Shown: piece by piece, positions 1-8,936 of the stretch
Numbering within the stretch: position 1 is the first letter of the stretch
How the letters are laid out: every line of letters begins with the position of its first letter
Assembly (NCBI GenBank): GCA_000165345.1
Contig: CM000434.1
Location: forward strand, 768,001 to 832,000
Length of the DNA stretch: 64,000 nucleotides
Direction of reading: 5' to 3'
The notes under the pieces: model-generated
What the model saw: only the letters and a program-made list of their open reading frames with translations
Databases searched by the model: none
What the model was told of the DNA's origin: nothing
Translations under genes and position numbers: made by a program

Positions 1-20
1 ACTATAGTACTACTCTGCCA

Positions 21-3000
21 CTAACAATGGTCTCTGGGCAGAGTCTGTTTTTTTATACTACTTAAAAACTGTGAAAGCCTTCCAACTGAATCTTTCTTGC
101 TTCCATTCAGAAATAATTTGCTTTTTTGTATATTTGAAGGGGAGTTATAAAGGATATCAAAAGATCCGGTACCAATTTTTATAGGCTTACCCATTATAAC
201 ACATTCACTAACACCAAATACTGGATCAACTCTATTCTGAAAAGCTGCTTCAAATAAATGCTCATTCGTCTCCTCAAATGATGCCAACATAAGTGTTGAA
301 GTACGCATCTTTTGAATACCAAATCTAGAAATACCCAAGACGTCTCCTCTAAAAGTCATGATGTCAGCTAGTAACTGTATATGCCTTAGATCAATATCCA
401 TACTATAAGCATCCATACATTTCTGTACTTCTTGAATAATTACTTTTCTTGCTGCTTCAATTCCAAGTACTTCTCTTACCTCCATTACATGATTTGATAC
501 TGTTGTTGTACCAATTATACCATTGATACCCATCAATTTTAAAAGTCCATATCCTTCTACTGCAAGACTATAACACTTTCTCTTCTCTCCAGTGATTGGA
601 TCTTCCTTATCATCCTGCCTAATTACACTTCTTTTTATCCCAGGTATACCACTAACTACAACATTTTGTAAACCTTTTTTAAGTAATTGTGTCTGGAAAT
701 AAACATTCATTGTATTTCCAATACCGGTATTTAATGTATTAACGTTACCGGTACCGTTAATATTATTAGATGAAGATCCAATTTGTGAAATTCCACCGCC
801 AATAAGAATTGAAAGTTTCCAAAGATCAAGAACTTGAATATCTTCTAATTTAAGTTTAATCTTTGAGATAGGTCCGTGACTAACTATAGAATCTCTTACA
901 GTGTATGCATTAATATCAAGATAATGGCCTTTAATGGTTTCTTCATTAAGATTTATGTTAATAAAGACTCCATTTGGTGAATAAAGCTCTTCAATATCAG
1001 AAACTACTTCGTTTAAAAGTGTTTTTACAATAGATCCTTTAACTATTTGGGCATAATTAAAGTCTGAATCATTTTCAAGCTTAGCTTCAATAATAGGGGT
1101 AAGAATCTTCGTAGCAGCATTAATGATTTCTTTAATTCTTGGTACTCCCAAAGTAACATTCATACTAGCAACTCCTGCAAAGTGGAAAGTTTTTAAAGTC
1201 ATTTGAGTTCCTGGCTCTCCAATAGATTGAGCAGCAATTGCTCCAACAGCTTCACCTGGTTCTGTGATTGCTTTCATGTACTTACTCCAACTCGCTTTAA
1301 TGAATTCATACAATTGTCTAATAGTAATAGCATATTCAGGATTATATCTTATAGACTTGAATTCTGAAGAGTAAGTAGATGAGGAGATTCCAAATTCTCC
1401 TTCATCATCAATAATTCTCCTCTTTGAAGAGTTTACAGCATTAATGAAAGAGCCTACTTCCATACTTCTCTTCCTTCCTCCGAGACTTTCTTCTTCCTGT
1501 TTTTTTTCTCCTAATTCTGTCTCTATGTTATCACTATTAGGAATAATTACAGAATAGAATCTTCGGATATACCTGGAGAATTCACTAAGTTCCTTAGATC
1601 TTCCTAAAGATGCAATTCTGGAAACATTTGGATCATGTTGAAGGATTTGCATAAACCACTCGGAGTCTAATCTGGAATCATTATAGAAATCTTCAATAAT
1701 TTGCATGTAATCTTCCAATTTGAGTCCCTCCTTTTCTCCTTGAGCTTTTCTATAGTTTGAAATTTTCTCAATATGGGAAACCAAAAACTTCCTCATATTA
1801 TTTGAGAATATATTCAATTTATGAGTCTTTTCTTGGTGAGTTGGTGACTCTAAAATTGAAATCTTTTGATGGACTAAAAGAGAGCTTGGAACAAGCTCTC
1901 TTGTCATCCTAATCAAGAATTCCATCCATTTCAGCATCTCAAAAGGAATTAGAGGTACATTTGTATCCATAATTGGCAAGTAATTGTAGATCAAATAGTG
2001 AGCTAATACACTATTTCTCATACAAATACATGTCTCGTTATTCCTACACCACTTTAATCCATTCTTTGTATACCAAATCTTCAAAGTCGTCAATTTATCC
2101 ATTACTGATTTCGGAATCTCCTTGGACTCATTTTCAAAGTACTTTGGATCAAATATGATCTGGCTAATACTTTGACTGCAATAATCAGAAGAAAACTGAA
2201 AATCTTCTAGTTTCTGTTCCTCCAATTGTTCTACCTTAACACCGATATTCTCCTCTTGTTTTATCATTTGTTCCTCTTTCCCCAAATTCTCCTCTTTATC
2301 TTCTTCTTCTTCCTTTATATCTACCATTCTTTTAAGCTTTGATCTAATTACACCTTCTCCCATCTTTTTCTTTGCTCTTCTTCTCTCCTCCTCTTCCTTT
2401 TCTTTTTTAATCCTTCTTTCCTCTTCCTCACGTTTTTTTTCTATCTGAACCAATAAATCATCTATTTCATCAAATATTAGCTCTTTTTTAAAATCACCAG
2501 TATCGACGGTATTTATAGTGCATGCATGTGCATCATTTGTTCCCGCCGGCGCCAACGAATTATTTAAAAGTTCACATGAACCATTAGATAGATAGTTTTC
2601 AAAAAGCAAAATAAGGTGGTTAACAACTTCATTTGAGGGTGGGAGAAGTTTAAATCTGTGAATATTTCGGTCATTTTTTGTTTCTTCCATAGTGGAGTTT
2701 GAATCACAAGAATTTGTTGAGGATTTTCTTTTGGATCTTTTGGAATTTGATGGTTTGGGGTTTTCTGAAATATTTAAATCATTCTTCAGGGGTTGATTTT
2801 CTAAAAAGTTGAGATAATTGTTAAATAGGAAGTAAAAGTTGGAATGGACTTTAGTTTGCGAGTAAATATGTTTGAAAAGCTTTCCAAAATTAACAAGTTC
2901 TAACTTTTCTTCCATAAGCATTGGATTAAGTCCGTCATCTCCATATATGAATTGAATAATCTGTCCATCACTTGTTCTTACTGTTTGGTCATATTTGATA

Positions 3001-5636
3001 CAAAGATCTTCTAATGCTTTCACAAGTCTTCTTTGCATATATCCTGTTTCAGCTGTCTTAACAGCTGTATCAACTAGTCCCTCTCTCCCTGACATTGTAT
3101 GGAAGAAAAATTCATCAGGTTGTAATCCTGAAAAAAAGCTATTACCTACAAATCCTCTACTTCTTCCATCAACACAATTCATCTTGAAATGAGGAAGAGT
3201 TCTATTGGTAAAGCCATTTTGAATTCTTTGTCCAGCAACATTTTGTTGGCCTACACAGGCAACCATTTGAGCTATATTAATTAGTTGACCTTTTGCTCCT
3301 GATAGATACATAAGAAGAGGTTTGTTAGAAGGAGGGAGACTAATATGAGAAGCTTTACCTGCTTCATTTCTAATATCGTCTAGAATCTTTTTTACTTTAA
3401 GTTCTAAAGTATCTTCAAGAGAAAGACCAGGATGAGGAGTTAGTTTCCCCTTTTCGTATGAATTAATCTCATCTTGAACTCTTTGATACCCATCTTCTAA
3501 TAGATTCTTTTTTGCTACAAGAAGTTCAGCATTTGGAGTAACATCATCGATTCCAATTGTCATTCCTTTATTAGCTAAATACCGTGAGACAAATCTAGAA
3601 ATACGTCCCATACATTCTGAGCTCTTTTTTGCATTGTTTTCAAGTAATATATAGAAAAAGAGTCCTTCCTTAGATCCTCCTCCAAGTACTTTCTTTCCTA
3701 TTGCTCCTGCTAAAAGTTCAGAATGTCTCACCACTACATAACCTTCATTAGGACAAAGATCTTTTAGATCTGATTTTGAGTCATAGTCTCTTTCTTTTAA
3801 TTCAAATGAAACATCTATTCTCTCTTTTTCATTCGAGTTTGGTCTTAATATCATATTAAATACCTGTTTTCCTGTCCAAAGCTCTACAGGCTTTAGAATT
3901 GTTGGAGGAGGTAGCTCCATTGGTATTTGTCCATTTGAAAAGTGACAACAGTATTGGGAGAACTGATCTCTTGTTAAGAATATATCTCTTCCTGTTAGTA
4001 CATACATTCCTAAAAGAAAATCTTGAGTTGCTGCTATCAGAGGTTCTCCGTTTCTTGGAGTTACTAAGTTATTCATAAGTCCCATCAAATGTTTGGATTC
4101 TGATCTAGCTAGTTCATTCTGAGGAAGATGAAGATTCATTTCATCTCCATCGAAATCTGCATTATAAGGAGCACAAGCACATTCATTGAATCTAAAAGTT
4201 CTCCATGGCATAACTACAACTTTGTGAGACATAATACTAAGTCTATGTAAACTTGGTTGTCTATTGAATAAGACGATATCTCCAGTTTTCATATGTCTTT
4301 CTACAATATCTCCAATCTCAAGACGCTCTGATACAACTCTTCTATTAGCATATCTAAGACTAGATTTGCTTCCATTACTCTTATAAACATAGCATGCTCC
4401 TGGCCAAATATCATGTCCATTTAGAACAGCTTCTCTTAAAGAGTCAATATTAATAGCATTAACTCTTTCGGGATAAGTCAATTTCTTTGCAATGATCATA
4501 GGTACCACAACTTCATCAACTTCAATATTAGGGTCAGGAGAAATAACAGTTCTTCCACTAAAATCAACTCTTTTACCACTCAAATTTCCTCTGAAACGTC
4601 CTTCTTTACCTTTAAGCCTCTGACATACTCCTCTTCCAGCTTTTGGGATATTCTTACTAGCTAAGAGTTGGTTAACTCCTGGAGCATCAGCATTAATTAG
4701 TCTAGTGCATTGAAGCTGAAGAAATTCCCAATTCCCAAGTAACTGAAAAGTTTGAAATCCTGATTTCATTTGAGATTTGATAATATTATTCAAATCAGTA
4801 ATTTCAGACAGAATTACTGTCAAGTCATCCTCATTACTCCCAGATTCTCCCATAGTAACTGATGGTCTAATACAATTAGGTGGGACAGGAAGGCGTGAAA
4901 TGAGTAGATTTCCAGGCTTAAAAGTTTCAAGAATATCCAAATCTTGATATGGAACTCTTTCTAAAAGTGTTTGAACAAAAATTGGAGTTAAATCCTCAAC
5001 ATATTCTTTACCATCAACTTTAATAGTATGAGTTAACTTCATAAACTGGTCTAAAGTTGGTCTAATTGTTCTCCTTAGTTGACCTTGCTGAGACATACAT
5101 CTTGGACATGTTTTGACTTTCTTACATCTCTCAACAAGCTTTCTAAATTGTAATCTATAAGAATGAGCAATAGAATATGACTGTTTTAGCCTGGCAAGAT
5201 GCTGACGTTTCTCCTCTCCTTTAAGGAGAAAAGCTCCACAACTCTTACAGATACAACACAAAACTCCATATAAATGCTTAAAATAACCAACATGAAAGAC
5301 AGGTTGTTGTAGATCAATATAACCCCAATGACCTCCACAAGTCTTTAAAGTACCTCCACAACTGGAACACTGAGCATCAGCCCTATGAGCTCCTAATCTT
5401 GAATCTAAAACCCCTCCTTGAAGTGGTATATTTGTCATTGGTCTATAAATCTCTCTATGCAAAACTTCCATATGGGCAGATCTAGCAATTTCATCCTTTC
5501 CCATTGCAGAGAACTCAACTGCTTCAATATTTCGTCTTTTAAAGACATTGACTACATTTTCCTTACTAAGATTCACATTTTTTGGAATCAAAAGCTCCTT
5601 ATCTCCAACTTTAATCCTTGTTCTGATCGTCGACAT
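21..5636 (-). CDS. RPC1: DNA-directed RNA polymerase III largest subunit (RPC1/C160), 1871 aa, carrying a roughly 400 aa lineage-specific insertion
   Basis: Catalytic motif YNADFDGDEMNLHLPQ. GKRVDFSGRTVISPDPNI and NRQPSLHRLSIMSH match the Pol III (C160) versions rather than Pol I (GKRVNYAARSVISPDP / HKASMMGH) or Pol II (HKMSMMGH). N-terminal zinc-binding CxxC clusters are present. There is no C-terminal heptad repeat domain (CTD). The trigger-loop region AQSIGEPGTQMTLKTFHFAG is present. ATG at 5636 and stop at 21-23. Confidence 0.85.
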   Translation of the reverse strand: MSTIRTRIKVGDKELLIPKNVNLSKENVVNVFKRRNIEAVEFSAMGKDEIARSAHMEVLHREIYRPMTNIPLQGGVLDSRLGAHRADAQCSSCGGTLKTCGGHWGYIDLQQPVFHVGYFKHLYGVLCCICKSCGAFLLKGEEKRQHLARLKQSYSIAHSYRLQFRKLVERCKKVKTCPRCMSQQGQLRRTIRPTLDQFMKLTHTIKVDGKEYVEDLTPIFVQTLLERVPYQDLDILETFKPGNLLISRLPVPPNCIRPSVTMGESGSNEDDLTVILSEITDLNNIIKSQMKSGFQTFQLLGNWEFLQLQCTRLINADAPGVNQLLASKNIPKAGRGVCQRLKGKEGRFRGNLSGKRVDFSGRTVISPDPNIEVDEVVVPMIIAKKLTYPERVNAINIDSLREAVLNGHDIWPGACYVYKSNGSKSSLRYANRRVVSERLEIGDIVERHMKTGDIVLFNRQPSLHRLSIMSHKVVVMPWRTFRFNECACAPYNADFDGDEMNLHLPQNELARSESKHLMGLMNNLVTPRNGEPLIAATQDFLLGMYVLTGRDIFLTRDQFSQYCCHFSNGQIPMELPPPTILKPVELWTGKQVFNMILRPNSNEKERIDVSFELKERDYDSKSDLKDLCPNEGYVVVRHSELLAGAIGKKVLGGGSKEGLFFYILLENNAKKSSECMGRISRFVSRYLANKGMTIGIDDVTPNAELLVAKKNLLEDGYQRVQDEINSYEKGKLTPHPGLSLEDTLELKVKKILDDIRNEAGKASHISLPPSNKPLLMYLSGAKGQLINIAQMVACVGQQNVAGQRIQNGFTNRTLPHFKMNCVDGRSRGFVGNSFFSGLQPDEFFFHTMSGREGLVDTAVKTAETGYMQRRLVKALEDLCIKYDQTVRTSDGQIIQFIYGDDGLNPMLMEEKLELVNFGKLFKHIYSQTKVHSNFYFLFNNYLNFLENQPLKNDLNISENPKPSNSKRSKRKSSTNSCDSNSTMEETKNDRNIHRFKLLPPSNEVVNHLILLFENYLSNGSCELLNNSLAPAGTNDAHACTINTVDTGDFKKELIFDEIDDLLVQIEKKREEEERRIKKEKEEEERRRAKKKMGEGVIRSKLKRMVDIKEEEEDKEENLGKEEQMIKQEENIGVKVEQLEEQKLEDFQFSSDYCSQSISQIIFDPKYFENESKEIPKSVMDKLTTLKIWYTKNGLKWCRNNETCICMRNSVLAHYLIYNYLPIMDTNVPLIPFEMLKWMEFLIRMTRELVPSSLLVHQKISILESPTHQEKTHKLNIFSNNMRKFLVSHIEKISNYRKAQGEKEGLKLEDYMQIIEDFYNDSRLDSEWFMQILQHDPNVSRIASLGRSKELSEFSRYIRRFYSVIIPNSDNIETELGEKKQEEESLGGRKRSMEVGSFINAVNSSKRRIIDDEGEFGISSSTYSSEFKSIRYNPEYAITIRQLYEFIKASWSKYMKAITEPGEAVGAIAAQSIGEPGTQMTLKTFHFAGVASMNVTLGVPRIKEIINAATKILTPIIEAKLENDSDFNYAQIVKGSIVKTLLNEVVSDIEELYSPNGVFININLNEETIKGHYLDINAYTVRDSIVSHGPISKIKLKLEDIQVLDLWKLSILIGGGISQIGSSSNNINGTGNVNTLNTGIGNTMNVYFQTQLLKKGLQNVVVSGIPGIKRSVIRQDDKEDPITGEKRKCYSLAVEGYGLLKLMGINGIIGTTTVSNHVMEVREVLGIEAARKVIIQEVQKCMDAYSMDIDLRHIQLLADIMTFRGDVLGISRFGIQKMRTSTLMLASFEETNEHLFEAAFQNRVDPVFGVSECVIMGKPIKIGTGSFDILYNSPSNIQKSKLFLNGSKKDSVGRLSQFLSSIKKQTLPRDHC

Positions 5637-6261
5637 GTTAAATTTTGACTTTCTCTCCTGGATTTCCTCGAAAATAGCAATTAAATCAGTTGTATTTCTT
5701 CCTCCTTTGAAACTTTTTAATGTTTAAATTACACAATGTCTACTATTACCATGAATAACTCCAGTTTTACCTCCTCTTTTCATTTCATTGCTCAATCCTG
5801 CTCTTGACCAACACAATACTGAGTCTTAATTATTCTATCTAAACCCTTTCTCTATTTCTGCTTCTTTTCCTCCGTTTTCTTCCCCTTTTTTCATTCAAAA
5901 TAAACTAAATTTTTCAGAATGGTAGTTTTTTTAGTCATCTTAAATTAATTCAGAAATTCCAAAAAGCCCGCCTAAATTTTATGTCAATAATAACCAAAAA
6001 TAGGCAACCGGTATATGGGAAAAAAAGAATAAAGTAAAAAAAAAGTTGGGGGGGAAGTGAGGATTAGAATGATTTAGGATATTGAAGAATAAATTAGTCA
6101 AAAGTATTTGGCAGAATATAGGTTTTCTGAAGAATAAGAGAGATTGATTAAGAATTGTAAAAGAAATTATAGAGTTTAATATTACTTGAAAATATGAAAA
6201 AAAATTAGAATTTGCATGCAAAGCCCGCCAAAACATAAATATATTTTAAGGAAGAATTGAA

Positions 6262-7143
6262 TTAAGATGATTGAGAGTTTTCAGAATGATTGGAATCAGA
6301 TTCGGATGAATGATATGAATCTGATTCTGAGATGAGTTCTTGTGGTATAGATGCAATATTAAATGTTCCTTTAGTGGGGAGACCACATTGAAAGCATTTT
6401 GAGGTATTAGTATAATGACTAAAGGCACATTTTTCGCAGAAATAGTGATTACAGAGGGTAACAACAGGATTTGAGTCAGATTTCCACTTTTTATTACAAA
6501 TAGAACATTTCTTTGGAAGTTTATTATTGTTAGTTGAATTAGATGATAGGTTTCCATCTCCAATACTAGATTTGTCTTTAGAAATAGATTCAATCTTTAG
6601 TCTCTTTTTTTTCTGCTCTATTTCCCATTCTTTATCAAGTTTCCAACCACTTTTGAAGTCACTCCTATCATGAAGGAATTTGCATGTATCTCCAAAACCA
6701 CAGTATCCAGTTTCTTTAAAATCTTTACAAATATCATGCTGGTAATCAATCATCAAAGTAAGTTTAATATTTGGATTTCTGGATTCTAAAGTATCATATT
6801 TTTTCTCTGAATAGATACTCTTAGAAGTTTCTTTCTTAGGAGGATTTGGGTCATGTAGGTCTAAGTCATAGTTATTTACGATATTATCACGACTAAACTT
6901 TCGATTATTTTTATGGGAAAAGATAGTAACAAGTTCATCAAGTTTTTCATCTTTTTCAAAATCTGAGTCTTTTACAAGATCTGAATCCTTTTTTAGCAAG
7001 TTTCTTTTCTTAATTTCATCAATATCTGTATTTAAGGACCCTTGAAAAGTTCTTTCCTCAAGTGTTTTTGGTTGGTTTTCCTCAAAATTATCATTTTGAA
7101 TCTTTCTAATCTGTTCTTTGCTAACATTTCTCTTCTTAAACAT
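6262..7143 (-). CDS. CWC24: Pre-mRNA splicing factor CWC24 / RNF113-like (CCCH zinc finger + RING finger)
   Basis: C-x8-C-x5-C-x3-H finger (CKDFKETGYCGFGDTCKFLH) followed by a RING-like CSICN...CNHYFCEKC...CFQCG. This is the architecture of yeast Cwc24 / human RNF113A. ATG at 7143. Confidence 0.75.
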   Translation of the reverse strand: MFKKRNVSKEQIRKIQNDNFEENQPKTLEERTFQGSLNTDIDEIKKRNLLKKDSDLVKDSDFEKDEKLDELVTIFSHKNNRKFSRDNIVNNYDLDLHDPNPPKKETSKSIYSEKKYDTLESRNPNIKLTLMIDYQHDICKDFKETGYCGFGDTCKFLHDRSDFKSGWKLDKEWEIEQKKKRLKIESISKDKSSIGDGNLSSNSTNNNKLPKKCSICNKKWKSDSNPVVTLCNHYFCEKCAFSHYTNTSKCFQCGLPTKGTFNIASIPQELISESDSYHSSESDSNHSENSQSS

Positions 7144-7213
7144 TATTCTTATCAGAGAAAATGAGAAAGAATTTAAATACTTTAATTCTTTTCGAGATCA
7201 AAGCAAAAATGGG

Positions 7214-7226
7214 TTTGGCGCCAAAA
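7214..7226. promoter_or_regulatory. Palindromic E2F/DP-type site TTTGGCGCCAAAA in the 141-bp divergent spacer between CWC24 (-) and the 7285 gene (+)
   Basis: Exact TTTGGCGCCAAA palindrome about 60-75 nt from both start codons. The E2F consensus TTTSSCGC is described as an over-represented upstream motif in Cryptosporidium. Confidence 0.6.
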
Positions 7227-7284
7227 TCATGTATATGAAAAAAATACCAAGTAAATAGTCTAAAAGTTGATTTGGAAATAGGAG

Positions 7285-8693
7285 ATGACTGAGACTCAGA
7301 AAACTCTGCATTTGCTTGAGGGTAAGTTAATTTGTGAGTGTTGAGAGTTGGTTAGTATTGGTGGAATGTTTTATCAATATAATTAGTAACATCTTCATTT
7401 TCTATGAAATGTACTTTATTGCAATATGGAATAAGAGGAAGAAATAAGGGAATGTTCAAGCTTTTCTTTTCTTAGTTTTTTTATTTCTTTAGTTTTCTAT
7501 TATTCCTTTGTTTCTCAATCTTTCTCATTACTCACTTTCTCTCTAACTCAATTTCTAACTTTGCGATTTTTAGAAGCAGAGTATGTGGTAAGGAGTCTAT
7601 TGGAATTTGAAAAAGATGATTTGGAGAAAGGATTACAGGATTATGTGGCATTGAAATCAAAAATGGAAGTTTTAATTCGTAAGACTAGTAAGTATAAGAA
7701 GTTTCTTGCAATCAAAGACCCTTCTAAACAGATTTATGGTCCAAAGATGCTTGAAAAGATGAGAAATATGTGTTCAAGGTTTGAAGATATAGATGAGATA
7801 TTTGAGGAGCAGTTAAATCCAATTTACGAAAGTGTAGAGGCTGAGTATAATAGGAAGTTGTTGGAAATGGATCAGGAAGAAAGGAGGAGAAAAGAAGAAG
7901 AGTTTAAGAGAAAAGTTCAGCAAGGCATCCAAGAGACTTATCTTGAAGAAAAAAGGCGATTAGAGAAGCTAAAGGAGAAACAAGAGGAAGAGAAACGAAG
8001 GAAAGAAGCTTTGGAACGTTTAAATCAAGAGGAGAAAGAAAGATTGGAAAAAATGAACAGAAATATAGAGATAATGAGTATTTTTATTAAAGAATTGGAA
8101 ACTGGAGAAGTTTTGAATGAGTTTAAAGATACTCAAGTTTATTCAAAATTGGAAATTTACGAATTTAAGATAATAGGGATTGGAATATTGTTATTATTGA
8201 GACAAGAGTTAGATTTGAAGGAGTTTTATACTTGTATTGGATTAGTTTCAGATCTTCTTGTATCTATATTAAAGTAAGTTGATTCAAATATAGTTTAAAT
8301 TAAAGCTAAATAATATTGTTCATTTGAATTTTAAATAGAGATCCATCTGATATTAAGTATCGTTTGTTAAGGATGAATAATGAGAACTTTTTTAAATCTT
8401 TTGGAGACAAGAAAGGATCATTTGCAATATTCTATGGAATTGGATTTAGAATAATTCAATCAGAAGAAAGAAAAGAATACTTTGAGATTTTATCTTCAGA
8501 TAAGGATCTTGGAATAAATGTGAGCCGTCTAAATTCAAATGATGAGTATTTAATACTTAGAGAACCTGATCCAATTGATCAATTTGAGATTTGGGTAACT
8601 TGGATGGAAAAATTGAGTTTAATTAACGACATATTGGTAAGTTTTATGAATATTGAAATTGGGATAGAATATCCACATTTCAAAGGAAAATAA
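7285..8693 (+). CDS. Hypothetical coiled-coil protein, 3 exons: about 7285-7321, 7574-8273 and 8339-8693
   Basis: ATG at 7285 is followed 37 nt later by a GTAAGT donor at 7322. A TTTTTAG acceptor ends at 7573 and joins in frame to ORF 7561-8277 (whose listed start is TTG). A second GTAAGT donor at 8274 and an AATAG acceptor ending at 8338 join in frame to ORF 8364-8693, which also begins with a TTG artefact. The second exon has an E/K/R-rich coiled-coil segment. Confidence 0.55.
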
Positions 8694-8936
8694 GCTATTT
8701 TAAAGTTGGATAAACAAAACCTACTCTATTATAATAACTTATAGAAAGAAATATTAACACTTAGATATGATAGAGACCTTAAAAAAGATGATATAGAAAA
8801 ACTATTAGTAAACATTATATTAAGTATAATCCAAGATAAACATTAGAGTATAGTAGATTGATAATAGTTTATAGAGTAGTACTATTATTTTGAGATTAGA
8901 TATAGTAAAATAACAATATGATTAGCTCAATTCAAC

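Noticed and set aside
21-5636. Pol I (A190) or Pol II (RPB1) identity for the large polymerase ORF
   Set aside because: There are no YSPTSPS heptads. HRLSIMSH and GKRVDFSGRTVISPDP match the Pol III versions. The large size is explained by an internal insertion rather than Pol I-type architecture.
1973-5648. Small ORFs inside or antisense to large genes (1973-2158, 2995-3192, 5418-5648, 9341-9610, 10357-10650, 18320-18535, 18936-19163, 19616-19861, 24694-24945, 25265-25465, 26560-26757, 28189-28413, 29725-29925, 31869-32051, 32703-32915, 35764-35961, 36517-36873, 37999-38184, 39292-39742, 44871-45255, 48950-49153, 52618-52957, 59976-60161, 61557-61739)
   Set aside because: They are fully nested in longer ORFs with clear homology and are short. 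Several are AT-rich low-complexity, and none has splice or promoter support.
5979-6593. ORFs 5979-6236 and 6246-6593 (-)
   Set aside because: The first lies in the RPC1 promoter spacer and is F/L/N-rich from AT-rich DNA. The second is an alternative frame overlapping the CWC24 CDS.
7322-7573. A snoRNA hidden in the 252-nt first intron of the 7285 gene
   Set aside because: I found no convincing C (RUGAUGA)/D (CUGA) box pair with a terminal stem, and no H/ACA hairpin-hinge. Kept out for lack of evidence.
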